The notes under the pieces are model-generated. The model saw only the letters and a program-made list of their open reading frames with translations. It was not told where the DNA came from and ran no database searches. From Dendrobates tinctorius (taxonomy: Eukaryota), in assembly GCF_039654945.1 (NCBI RefSeq), contig NW_027361838.1, forward strand, positions 7,688,001 through 7,752,000: a stretch of 64,000 nt of DNA, written 5' to 3'. The position numbers and the translations under genes were made by a program. Below are positions 1 to 12,161 of the stretch, piece by piece (within the stretch, counting starts at the first letter, position 1; every line of letters starts with the position of its first letter).

Positions 1-310
1 TTTCTCGCAATTCTGTTTAGCAATCGGGTTAATCCTTTTGTTTTATTGATAGATCGGGCGATTCTGAACGCAGCAATACCAAATATGTGTAGATCGCCTA
101 TATGTAGCAGATTCACTGCATTGTTATGAGCGCCGACCACCGGGTGGCGCTCTTAGTAATATGCCGGCAACAACCAAAAAGGTCTCGGACCTCTGGTTGT
201 GAAGGCAAAGCGTCGCTGACCCCCAATCGCGTTCAAAACATAGAAGCTACCCCAAAATGGTGTCAGTGAAAATGCCAGCTCAGGGCGCAAAACTCTTTTA
301 CTCTGTCGCC

Positions 311-447
311 TAATTGGGGGACACAGAACCTTGGGTGTTATGCTGCTGTCCACTAGGAGGCGACACTATGCATAATCTGAAAAAGATTAACTTTGGCTCC
401 TCCTCTGCAGTATACACCCCTGGACGGCGTCAGCCTTCTCCAGTTTT
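311..447 (+). repeat. DIRS left inverted terminal repeat
   Basis: Reverse complement of 6262-6398 (taattgggggacacagaacc...ttctccagtttt). Confidence 0.93.
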
Positions 448-1481
448 TGCTTAGTGTCGCAAGGACGCACACCTTTTTTCTTCCGTTTTTTCCTTTTTTT
501 CACGGAAATACAGATGAAGAAAAGTGGGTCTCCAGCGAGACTCCCGGCATGGCTCCCTCCTCGGTCCCCTATTAGGGGTACCCGGTTGAGGTCGAGGTGG
601 TTTTTTCCCCATGTTGCTCCCTCCCCAGTCCCTCGGGTCCTGGTTCGAGGTCGAGACCCCCCTCCTTCCCCAACCCCTTTAAGGGGTCTGGGTTGAGGTT
701 GAGGCGAGGATGAAGACCCCCTGACGGTGACAGACGCACCCTCCCTAATCCCCCGCAGGGGGTATTAGGTTGAGACGCCTCAGGTAGGGTCGGAGATCAG
801 GCAGCATTTTGCAGCTTCCAGGGACCCCAGGCTGGCTGAGGGATCCTGTTGGGGCCGGGGGAGGGTGCGGACTGGATGGCACAGCAGAGACAGGGTTTTT
901 TCTGCGTCCCTGTCTCTGCAACAGCAGCGGCTCCATAGCGCTTCAGGGGCACCCCATACAAAAACCGCTACCCCTGCTACCCCCACCGCTATCCAGTCGA
1001 CTATTCTGGGGGGGTCTGGTACAAATCCCCCCCCCGGACTACCGCGCCGCTCTGGAGCCCTCCTGGGCATCAGGCTTCTAATTTAGGCCGCGGCTTCGGC
1101 CTAGCTGAAGCCGCCGCCTTTTCCCCGGATGACCAAAATGACACACTGGAGTGTCATAGAAGGGGCAGATTGAGGCAGAAAGGGCGCTTTTTTACACAGC
1201 CCAGCGCGCCCTTTTCAGCTCTCCGCCCCCTCCTCCCTCTCCTCAGAGCCCCGGTGGCCATTTTTTCTGGATGAGATCCAGGAGAGGAGCAACACAGCGG
1301 TCTCCGGGGGGGCACAGAACTTGGATCTGTCGGCGCTGGACCTAGGGGCACACCGGTGGGGTAAGCTCACAGCTGGGTTCTCATTACTCAGCTGTGAATC
1401 TATACTTCCTATAAGGCTTTCTGTGGGTTCCCTCTGCGTAGCCACCCCTGTACGATCCCTTATAGCCAGCCTCTGTGCACT

Positions 1482-3051
1482 ATGCCGGGCTCAAGGAAGA
1501 GAACCAGGCAGGAATGTTTCTATGCATTCTGCACAGCCTGCAAAGCCACGCTCCCTAGTGGCAGCACGTATCCGCACTGCCGGGACTGCATCCAGAACTC
1601 TGGGTCAGAACCCCAGGGAGTCCCTACTGACGCTTCAGTGTCACAGGCCACGCCGGAATGGGCAACTCAGATGTCTCAGTCTATGTCACAGTCCATAGAC
1701 AACCTAACTGCTACATTACTGCAAGCTCTGCAGAGTCGGGCCCCGGCTATGGACGGTACACAGCAAACGGACAGCTTGTCTCAGGAACATGCTGCTTCCG
1801 ACTCTCACAGACGTAAGCGGACCCACAGGTCTCGATCACCTAAGTCGCACTATAGCACAAGGTCGTCCCCCTCTAGGGAGAGACGGCGTCATTCCAGGTC
1901 TCCTGGGCAGTCCCCTTCCACAGACACAGTGCAATTTACCACAGGGATCCCCCACCACAGAAGACCCCCGCCCCAGGTCGCCCTCCAGGGATCACCTTAG
2001 CGAGGCACAGGATTCGGAGGGCATCTGTGACTCCGACTCAGATAATGAAACGGTCAGGTCCGTGGTACCTTCTCCCCCTAGCAATACAGCACTAGTTGAG
2101 GACATAATTTCTGCCATTCATCGGGTGCTAAAAATTCCAGAGTCGCCCCCGGAAGTCCCAGAACATAGGATTTGCTTCGAAAGTGTTCAAAAACCACCTA
2201 AGGTCTTCCCTAATCACGATGAGTTTGAGAAAATACTTACCAAACAGTTTGCGCAGCCTGACAAAAAATTCGCTAATCGCAAATATTTGGAAGCGAAGTA
2301 CCCCTTCCCACAGAAAGACACCAAACAATGGACAGATCCACCTGAAGTGGACCCTCCGGTTTCTAGGCTAGCAGCTTAGACTTTACTCTCTCTGCCGGAT
2401 AGCTCAACCCTCAGGGACGCAGCAGACAGGCAAGTAGAACGCATGGCTCGTTCTATTTTCGAAGCGGCAGGCGCCTCTCTGGGCCCTGCATTTGCTTCAG
2501 TTTGGGCATCCAAGGCCATCCTGGCTTGGGCCAAAAAACTACAGGAGGGTCTTCAGGCTTCAAATCCTGAACTCTCGGACCAAGCGGTCCAGATAGCAGT
2601 GGTAGCAGACTACATGATTCATGCAGCCCTGGATTCCGCCAGAGGTGTAGCGGGAATAGCATCAAACGCCATCACGATCCGACGCATCCTCTGGCTGCGA
2701 GAATGGAAAGCGGATGCGGCCTCAAAGAAGTCCCTCACGTGACTTCCGTATTTTACTGGAAGACTTTTCGGCGAAAAGTTGGACACCATGATAGCCAATG
2801 CCACTGGGGGTAAGAGTACCTCTCTCCCTCAACTAAAACCGAAACGCACGTTTAAACGAAGAAACCAGACGCGATTCCGATCCTTTCGGAATTCCTCAGG
2901 CTGGTCCGTTTCGCGCCCAGTGCAAAACCACAACCGTTCTCCACGCAGAGACAACCCACGGACTCAGCAGCGACCGGACAGCGCTTGGCAGTCGAAAGCA
3001 GGCCAAGTGAAACCCAAGGGAGGAAAACCTCAGAACTTCGCTTCATCATGA
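1482..3051 (+). pseudogene. DIRS ORF1 (gag-like), with one frameshift and two in-frame stops
   Basis: N-terminal Cys cluster (CTAC...CRDC) in 1482-2000. Segments 1789-2379, 2443-2742 and 2779-3051 share one frame, broken by TAG at 2377 and TGA at 2740. WTDPPEVDPPVSRL and RRILWLREW motifs are typical of vertebrate DIRS gag. Confidence 0.85.
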
Positions 3052-4952
3052 CTCGCGACCTCCGGAAGACACCCCACCAGTAGGCGGCCGACTTTTACTC
3101 TTTCAGCAAGTCTGGCTGCCTATTACAGAAGACAGGTGGGTCAGGGAAATAGTGTCTTCCGGATACAAGATAGAGTTCACTTCCGTTCCACCGAACCGGT
3201 TCTTCCTTTCTGTTCCTCCAACACCACCAGAAAAGGCTCGTGTTTTCCACCAAGCGGGTTCCTCTCTCCTTCAATCAGGAGTTGTGGTGCCGGTTCCCGC
3301 GAACGAGAGATTCCGAGGATTCTACTCAAATTTGTTCGTAGTCCCCAAGAAAGGAGGCGGCGTCCGACCCATACTGGACCTAAAACAGCTCAACAATTAC
3401 GTACGGGTCCGTCATTTCCGCATGGAGTCCCTCCGGTCCATCATTGCATCCATGGAGCAGGGAGAATACCTCGCCTTCATAGACATACAGGATGCGTATC
3501 TCCACATACCAATTGCTCCCGCCCACCAAAGGTTTCTCAGGTTCGCGGTCAACCAAAACCACTACCAGTTTGTCGCCCTTCCGTTCGGACTCGCCACGGC
3601 TCCAAGAACGTTCACCAAAGTCATGGCGGCCACCATGGACGTCCTGCACTCACGAGGCATCCTAGTCGTCCCGTACCTGGACGACCTCCTCGTCAAGTCT
3701 CCCACTTTCAAAGACTGCGAGGTCAGTGTCTCAATCACTCTAGACACTCTGAGTCGCCTGGGATGGCTAGTCAACCTACAGAAATCGTCGACCATCCCAA
3801 CTCGGACTCTAACATTCCTGGGAATGGTATTCGACACCGCCAGGGGCCTGGTGCTCCTTCCCAAGGACAAGACACTGGCCATCCGTCTGGGAGTTCGCAC
3901 ACTCCTTCGCAGTCCTCCTCGATCTCTCCGTTTTGCCATGAGAGTCCTCGGCCGGATGGCAGCAGCAATAGAGGCAGTGCCATTTGCCCAGTTTCACCTC
4001 AGGGTCCTTCAACTAGCCATGCTCAGATCTTGGGACAGGAACCCCTTCTCCCTCGACAGGGAGTTCAGGTTGACGTCATCAACCAGGAGGTCCCTGCATT
4101 GGTGGCTCAAACCAACCTCGCTTACACGAGGGAAGCCATTCCTCTCAGGACAATGGAAGATCCTGACTACCGATGCAAGCCTGACAGGCTGGGGGGCGGT
4201 GCACCTACATCACAGGGCACAGAGCAAGTGGTCACCGAGGGAAGTGACATTGCCCATCAATGTTCTGGAAATCAGGGCCATTCTCTTGGCACTGAGAGCC
4301 TTTCATCACTTGCTTGCAGCCTCGCACATACGGATACAGTCGGACAATGCCACGGCTGTGGCATACGTGAACCACCAAGGCGGGACCCGCAGCGCCCAGG
4401 CGATGAGAGAAGTGGCTCATATCCTCCGCTGGGCGGAAGACACAAGGTCGGTACTTTCTGCGGTACACATTCCGGGTGTAGAAAACTGGGAAGCCGACTT
4501 CCTCAGCAGGCAAGGAATGGACTCGGGGGAGTGGTCTCTCCATCCCGAGATTTTTTACCAGATCTGTCAACGCTGGGGAACCCCGGATGTGGACCTAATA
4601 GCATCCCATCTCAATACCAAGGTTCCCAATTTCATGGCCAGGACACACGACCCGCGGTCGCTCGGAGTGGATGCCCTGGTCCAGGACTGTCCCAGTTCCG
4701 ACTCCTGTACATTTTTCCACCCCTCCCCCTAATCGCCAGGGTCGTGAGGAAGATCAAGCAAGAGGAGTTCCGACCATCCTCATCGCGCCAGACTGGCCCA
4801 GACGTACTTGGTACGCCGACATCGTCCAACTTACGGCAGACGCCCCCTGGTGTCTACCCGACCGTCACGACCTTCTGTCTCAAGGTCCGTTCTTCCACCA
4901 GAATTCAGGGGCTCTCAATTTGACGGCATGGCCCTTGAAACCTGGATTCTAA
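3050..4952 (+). pseudogene. DIRS ORF2: reverse transcriptase + RNase H + DNA N6-adenine methyltransferase-like domain, two frameshifts in the MT domain
   Basis: VGGRL start, LPFGLATAP, YLDD, RNase H TDAS, NVLE, SDN and ADFLSR motifs. The MT motifs DLIAS, YIFPP and LIAPDWPRRTWY are split across three frames at about 4688 and 4765. Confidence 0.92.
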
Positions 4953-5971
4953 CCCAGGCAGGTTTTTCACCGGCAGTCATTACAACTATGATCAGGGCAA
5001 GGAAGCCTGCCTCCGCCAAGCTCTATTATCGTACCTGGAGAGCTTTCTTTTCTTGGTGCGAATCTCATGGACAAGTCCCACTCCCTTATTCCCTCCCGAA
5101 GGTACTAGGTTTTCTTCAATCGGGCCTAGATGCCAAGCTATCCTTAAGTTCGCTTAAGAGTCAGGTGTCGGCGCTTTCAGTCCTTTTTCAAAAGCGCATT
5201 GCTATTAAACCGCAAGTAAGGACTTTCATCCAGGGAGTTTCCCGATTGGTTCCTCCCTACAAACGTCCGCTGGATACGTGGGACCTCAATCTGGTCCTGA
5301 CAGCATTGCAAGCTCCACCCTTCGAACCTCTTAGAGGAGTTCCACTCTCCATTCTGTCTCAGAAAGTGGTTTTTCTAGTGGCGATCACCTCGTTACGCAG
5401 AGTGTCGGAATTGTCAGCACTTTCCTGCAGACGGCCTTTCCTAGCCTTTCACCAGGACAAGGTGGTTCTCCGCACGGTACCATCCTTCCTTCCGAAGGTT
5501 GTGTCCAACTTTCACCTTAATGAAGAGATTTCACTGCCTTCCCTTTGCCCGGTTCCGGTTCATAGAGTGGAGAAGGCTCTGCATACGCTTGACCTCGTCA
5601 GAGCATTGCGAATTTACGTGTCCAGGACTGCACCTTTCCGGAAATCTGATTCCCTCTTCATTCTTCCGGAAGGTAGTCGCAAGGGGTTGCCGGCTTCCAA
5701 GGCTACCCTTGCCAGGTGGATCAAGTCCACCATACATGAGGCCTACCGACTTAACAGTTCCCCTCTTCCGGCCGGTATCACGGCACACTCTACACGGGCA
5801 GTAGGGGCCTCCTGGGCCATTCGGCATCAGGCTTCGGCACAACAAGTGTGCAAGGCGGCCACTTGGACTAGCCTACACACGTTTACGAAACACTACAGTG
5901 TTCATACCCAGTCCTCAGCGGATGCGAGCCTGGGTAGACTGGTTCTGCAGGCGGCAGTACCCCAAGTCTAG
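4808..5971 (+). CDS. DIRS ORF3 tyrosine recombinase (C-terminal catalytic part)
   Basis: ITSLRRVSEL (catalytic R), HSTR, and ATWTSLHTFTKHY (catalytic Y). Confidence 0.93.
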   Translation: MVRRHRPTYGRRPLVSTRPSRPSVSRSVLPPEFRGSQFDGMALETWILTQAGFSPAVITTMIRARKPASAKLYYRTWRAFFSWCESHGQVPLPYSLPKVLGFLQSGLDAKLSLSSLKSQVSALSVLFQKRIAIKPQVRTFIQGVSRLVPPYKRPLDTWDLNLVLTALQAPPFEPLRGVPLSILSQKVVFLVAITSLRRVSELSALSCRRPFLAFHQDKVVLRTVPSFLPKVVSNFHLNEEISLPSLCPVPVHRVEKALHTLDLVRALRIYVSRTAPFRKSDSLFILPEGSRKGLPASKATLARWIKSTIHEAYRLNSSPLPAGITAHSTRAVGASWAIRHQASAQQVCKAATWTSLHTFTKHYSVHTQSSADASLGRLVLQAAVPQV

Positions 5972-6029
5972 GGGACTGTCAGCACAATATTCGTCCACTG
6001 CTTCCCACCCAGGGACTGCTTTGGGATGT

Positions 6030-6129
6030 CCCAAGGTTCTGTGTCCCCCAATTAGGCGACAGAGTAAAGGAGATTTTTGTGTACTCACCGTAAAATCTCT
6101 TTCTCTTAGCCTTTAATTGGGGGACACAG
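6030..6129 (+). repeat. DIRS internal complementary region (ICR)
   Basis: First half is complementary to the element start (297-335). Second half is complementary to the right end (6383-6437). Confidence 0.9.
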
Positions 6130-6261
6130 CTCCCACCCTGTTGCCCTTACGGGCCGTTGTTTCCTGTTGAGTTCTCATATTGTTCTTTGAGCTCGTACAT
6201 AGTAGCCTTCTTACAGGCATGGTTATGTTATTTGGTTACGTTCCTCCTCATGCTTTGGCAC

Positions 6262-6437
6262 AAAACTGGAGAAGGCTGACGCCGTCCAGGGGTGTATACT
6301 GCAGAGGAGGAGCCAAAGTTAATCTTTTTCAGATTATGCATAGTGTCGCCTCCTAGTGGACAGCAGCATAACACCCAAGGTTCTGTGTCCCCCAATTAAA
6401 GGCTAAGAGAAAGAGATTTTACGGTGAGTACACAAAA
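6262..6437 (+). repeat. DIRS right inverted terminal repeat plus right extension
   Basis: Inverted copy of 311-447, followed by an extension complementary to the ICR. Confidence 0.9.
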
Positions 6438-6490
6438 CCTTGGGTGTTATGCTGCTGTCCATAACTCGTCCCGCAAAAAACAAGCCCTCA

Positions 6491-7968
6491 TCTAATATAT
6501 AAAGCTCAATGTGTGTGTGTATGTATGTCCGGGATTGGCATCCGCACCGTCGCAGCTACAGCCACAAAATTTGGCACAGTCACATGTCTGGACCCCGAGA
6601 GCGTCATAGGCTATGTTGTGTGGCGAAATTTTAACCCCATGCGTTCAAATTCACCAAACAATTTTTCCCCTATCTACATAATGGGGAAAAGTGAAAGGAA
6701 AAGTGTTGGAGGCAAATTGACAGCTGCCAGATGTGAACAAGGGGGACTTAAAGAATGAGAGCAATGGCGCCAAAGAGTATATACTGTACAGTTGCTAAGG
6801 TGGGGCCCTGACATAGGATACTCACCACACATGGGGATATGAACACACACAAAATGCGCCACACACTACCACGTGCTTCAACACATATACCACCCTCAGC
6901 ACACATTTCACCACACATACACCAACCTCGCCACATAAAAGTCGTAACACAAAAGTCGCTCAAAACTCGCCACGCTGTCCCAGAGCTGTTTAAAAGATGA
7001 AAAATGAGCTGTGATTGGTTGCAATCAGCAACAGTTTTCTTTGTGGACAGTTGTGGTAACTGAGGCCTATTATTCTTATCATTTCTATGGTGTTATCGTC
7101 CTTCTGTAAAGCTGGAAATAACACAATTTATTACCGTGCCAACACAGGCCACCCTCTGACACAGACTGCACGGGGAGCCCAGTATCACACAGGAGAGGAT
7201 TAAGGTACTGTCACACTTAGCGATGCACCAGCGATCCCGACAACGATGTGGATCGCTGGTGCATCGCTAAGTGGTCGCTAGTGAGCTGCCACACAGGCAG
7301 ATCTCACCAGCGACATAGCAGCGGTCGGGGGTCGCCACTTACCTGTCAGACGAGGTGATCCTGACGTCCTCCCGCCCGCCTCCACGCGTCGCTCGTCGGC
7401 GCCACAGGAAGCTGACGACGAGAAACATGGCTCAGCAGGCAGTATCACACAGGATAGGATTAGATACACAGCTCGGCAGACTGTATCACACAGGATAGGA
7501 TTAGATACACAGGTCAGCAGTCAGTATCACACAGGATAGGAGTAGGTACACAGCTCAGCGGCCAGTATCACACAGGATAGGAGTAGATACACAGCTCAGC
7601 GGCCAGTATCACACAGGATAGGAGTAGATACACAGCTCAGCGGCCAGTATCACACAGGATAGGATTAGATACACAGCTCAGCAGTCAGTATCACACAGGA
7701 TAGGAATAGATATGCAGCTCAGCACACAGTATCACACAGAATAGTATTAGATACACGGCTCAGCAGACAGTATCACACAGAATAGGATTAGATACATGGC
7801 TCAGCAGTTAGTATCACACAGAATAGGATTAGATACACGGCTCAGCAGTCAGTATCACACAGGATAGGATTAGATGCACGGTTTTTATGTGCAATATAAT
7901 CATTATAATTTGTTATAACTAACCACAGTTGGTTACTATGCCCAGGCAATGCCGGACTCTTCAGCTAG
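6491..7968 (+). mobile_element. Non-autonomous Helitron
   Basis: 5' TC and 3' CTAG termini, inserted between A and T (ccctcA|TC...CTAG|T), imperfect GC hairpin just before the 3' end, no TSD. A related copy lies on - at about 30823-31410. Confidence 0.8.
7430..7880. repeat. 41-bp minisatellite (~11 copies) inside the Helitron
   Basis: Unit cagtatcacacaggataggattagatacacagctcagcagt; gtatc recurs at 7442, 7483 and 7524. Confidence 0.9.
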
Positions 7969-8246
7969 TATAGCTAGAAAAAGTTATGGCTCTTGGAAGA
8001 AGGCGAGGAAGAAACAAATGCCAAAAATTGCCTGGGGTAAAAGGGGTTGATCAGTAAAAGGATAGGTGATTACTTGTTGATCAGTTGGGGGTGCCTTTAC
8101 TACGACCAGCACTGATTTGGCAGAATTGTGAACTTTTATTCCCCTTACAAATAAGGAGCAACAAGTCAAATTCCTGACCACCGTGCCATTTATTCTATAC
8201 GGGGCTGCCAGCAAAAGCTGAGCAAAGTGCTCAACAGACCCATCTA

Positions 8247-8869
8247 CAACCCTTGGCAAAAATTATGGAATCACCGGCCTTGGAGGTTGTTCATTCAGTT
8301 GTTTAAATTTGGTCCAGATTTTAGACACAGCAAACATTCCTTGAAAAAAGACACATGAGGTCAACGTCATGGCCTGCAAATAGTCCGGATCTCAATCCAA
8401 TCGAAAATCTTTGGAAGTTGAAGAAAATGGTCCATGACATGGCTCCAACCTGCAAAGCTGATCTGGCAACAGCAATCAGAGAAAGTTGGAGCCAGATTGA
8501 TGAAGAGTACTCTTTGACACTCATTAAGTCCATGCTTCAGAGGTTGCAAGCTGTTATAAAAGCCAGAGGTGGTGCAACAAAATACTAGTGATGTGTTGGA
8601 GTGTTTTTGTTTTTCATGATTCCATAATTTTTTCCTCAATTGAGTGATTCCATAATTTTTCCCGTATGCTTGGTTTAAAAAAAGTAACCATTACTGACTA
8701 CCACATTTTTTTGTTCTTGATTTCTTTTAGTGTTTCTTAAAACCAGAAATTTGCCATTTGAAATGACTTTAGTTTTGTGCCATGTCTGTGATCTGCTTTT
8801 TTCCTACAAAATTAAACCACTGAATGAACATCCTCCAAGGCCAGTGATTCCATAATTTTTGACGGGTTG
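8247..8869 (+). mobile_element. Internally deleted Tc1-like DNA transposon
   Basis: TA-flanked TIRs (caacccttggcaaaaattatggaatcacc and its inverse). Retains the transposase C-terminus [15 protein letters not shown]...ARGGATKY (8355-8588). Confidence 0.88.
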
Positions 8870-9411
8870 TAGAATGAATGGAGCACATGTCGAGCATGTG
8901 CACTACAGCTCCATTGTACCCTTCTAAAAGTTAACTATTCTAACAATCAGGGCAGGTGGCAGCAGTCGGACCCCCACTGACCATCAATTTGTTGGTTAAT
9001 CTGTGGCTAGCATTATTGTAAGAACTTTTTTTTTTTTCCTGCATGAAAAGTGAGGTCTTGGCATTTTCTATGCCTATGTACTTTGAGTTATTGTAAATTA
9101 TATACTCCTCCCTAAAAATAAAAATGTGCAATCTGTGTATGCATTTTACTGCTGGGGCCCAGCGACATGTCGCCCCTTTTATCCTGGCTGCCAGACCCTG
9201 CATATATCCTGCCCCTTTATTCAAGTATGTGACACAAAGATAGTTGAGAACAACATTCTGCCACCTTCAGTGCCAGCGACTTTGAATGACTGGCCACTTG
9301 CAGCCAGGAAGAATAGGGGGACACAATTACCTGTTACAGCCTTGAGTGGGGGACTCGGCAATAGATTGTTCTTCTATCCAGTGCATTGCTGCTAAATTTC
9401 TGAGACTGGTA

Positions 9412-10757
9412 TGTGGGCCGCCCTCCCAGGGCCGCGGGGTACTCGGTACTGGGCCGGTGTCAGGGGGATGTGTCAGCAGCGGTGACCCGGACCGTGGCCC
9501 TGGGCGCCCAGGTAATGGGGGAATGTAGTGACCGTGGCCCTGGGCGCCCAAGTAATGGGGGAATGTAGTTAATGTAATAGTTTGTGACGCCACCTGTGGT
9601 GCTCGGCATGGGAGGTGTTAAGCCGACGCTTCAGAGAGATCCTCTGGGACAGATGTTATGGTGCAGCAGTGATGGTATAGCCCTCCACAGGCAGGGCTGA
9701 GGTCCCAGGGCAGTGTAGTTGCAATGGTTGTGGAAAGGCGCAGGCAGTGTAAAGGATGGTACCCAGATGTAGCGGTGCTGAGCGGGTTGGCACAAGAATG
9801 AATGGAGGACACCGAGGCTTGCAGTTCCAAGGCTTTACTCAGTCTGCGGTACACAAGGGTGCCTACCTCCGAGCTGTGTCCTCCGGGTCAGAGACTCAGC
9901 CAACCTCCAGGCCAGATGGAAAGCCCCTCTCCAACACTCCGCCAACATGTACCTTTCCTGAACGACTCCTCTAGTGCGCCTTAATGTGTGAAGATCTCCA
10001 GTACCGTGGTACTCTGGAGTTCCTACTGTCAGATGTTCCCAAGAACTCTACTCGTATGGCAGACAGCTGTAGCCTGCTTCGGGGACTCCCTTCTCCTGAG
10101 CCCCGGCTCTCTAATCAGTTGCTGTTGTGCCCCAAGTCTTAGATGGGAGTAGTGCATTTACAGCCAACTACTCCACCGGTGTCTGCTGCAGAACCATAAG
10201 TGTCCATACAACCTCGGGGACCGGGCCCCGGCCTTGCGCTGAGAACCTATAGGCAGGGTTCCTCTTCCTACCCACGTCCTCTCTGTTCTCCTACTCCTTC
10301 GTTCTGTACTTGTCTTTCTCTCTCTTATGGAAGCTTAGGTTTCAGTTCTACGTCTTTCTCCTTCTTTTCCTTTCCCGTGCCAGCTGGCTCAGATCACTGA
10401 GGCAGCTGCAGCACTCCTTCCTCCATCCCTTCTTCCAGGGATCCCCACTCCCGAGTGGCTTCCTTCCTCACTGACCTCCTGTCAGACTGACCTGTGATCC
10501 TATACTTTCCCACTCTTTTTATGTATCTTAACTCCACCCACCTCCCAGCACATCCAGTGTTCCAAGCAGGGAACCACCAGAGGTGCTCTGCTACTCTCTA
10601 AGCACTGAGCCACAATGTGGTTGTGCAGAACTACCCTGTTGTGTGGGGTGCGAGTGTTGGAGCATGGAAAGGAGTTCCCACCTTACCTGGATGGTGGGGC
10701 ACTACACCTTAGGAGAAGGTGCAGTACCTCTGTGGCGACCGAGCCTCGGGCGCCACA
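9412..10757 (-). mobile_element. Probable solo LTR (Gypsy-type)
   Basis: On - it begins TGTGGCGCCC. Both ends and the internal ggtggcgtcacaaa motif resemble the element at 57145-58213. No clean TSD. Confidence 0.6.
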
Positions 10758-10910
10758 CATGTACTTAAGACGGACAGGGCTGTAGACACAACTGCTCTGT
10801 CTTCAAGGACCCAGTGAAATATTTTTGTCTGCGGCATTGGCTCAGGGACGTCATTGCCTCTAGACGTCTGGTCATCATTATATACTTTTACTGATCAGTT
10901 GTCAATGTGA

Positions 10911-11054
<144 letters not shown>

Positions 11055-12161
11055 TGATTTTTCCAAACCCTTCTCCAAGTTACGGCCAGTTTCACACTTC
11101 CATTTTTTTCCGGTACCGCAGATATCTGTTTGTGTAATACTTGTGGCAACAGTGTGCTGCATCAGTACCACATGCACCGACGCTAGGGAAGCAGCGGTGC
11201 TATTAGCGCTGTTCCCTGGCGCTGAGTGCTGAAGACCGCACGCATAATTCTCCCCTGCTCTGTCGGCGACCAGGGTAGAATAATGAGAGTTGTATTCAAG
11301 TGATGACAATGACAGCATGGGGCAGCTGATAGGACTATTACTCCCATCAGCCTGCTGCCGCTAATAATAGTGACAGCAGGCGGCGGCTGATGGGAGTATT
11401 CATCACCCGCGCTATAAATAAATTTAAAAAAGGTGTGTGTACAATCTTTTTTTTTTTTTTTTTTTTTTTTTTTATATATATATATACAATCAGCCACTCA
11501 AAACTCACATCTGGGGGCTGCAACCCTCAGCTATGCTGGTTATCAAAAATTTAGGGGTCCCCATGCTGTTGTGTTTTTTGTTTTTTTTATTAAAATAAAT
11601 ATTTTAAAAAAAAAAATGATGTGGGTACCCCTTATTTTTGTCATCCAGTCTTGCTAAAGCTGAAGGCTGGTGTTCTCTGGCTGGTACGGGGCCATGGATA
11701 TTGCCCGCAGCCGCTCAGAAAAGGCACATCTATTAGATATGCCAATTCTGGTGCTTTGCCCGGCTCTTCTCACTTGCCCTGTAGCGATGGCAAGTGAGGT
11801 TCATATTTGTGGGGTTCATGTTGCCTTTGTATTGTCACGTGACATCAAGCCCACGGCTTTGTAATGGAGAGGTGTCTATAAGATACCTATCCATTACTAA
11901 TCCTATCGTTATATGATAAATAAAGCCACAGCAAGTATAAAGTCCTTATTAGAAATAAATCTTGGCACAGTCCAGGTCGAAAACTATTTATCCCCAGACA
12001 TGAATTACATCATGGGGCAGAACGATGGACAGATGAGGGATATTGTGTGTGTTTACTTTAGTTTTTCATTACAGGAGATGAAGGTTTCGGTGGAATAGAG
12101 GTTAGGTGAGTATAACTGTTTATTTTTAACTCCTTTACGCCAAGGGTGGTTTGCATGTTAA

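Larger units (their letters stand above)
297..6460 (+). mobile_element. DIRS1-like tyrosine-recombinase retrotransposon, near full length, ORFs disrupted; probably in TYMS intron 1
   Basis: Begins TTTACTCTG. Inverted terminal repeats 311-447 and 6262-6398 are identical by eye. Internal complementary region at 6030-6129. Gag, RT/RNaseH/methyltransferase and YR ORFs are in DIRS1 order. Confidence 0.95.
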
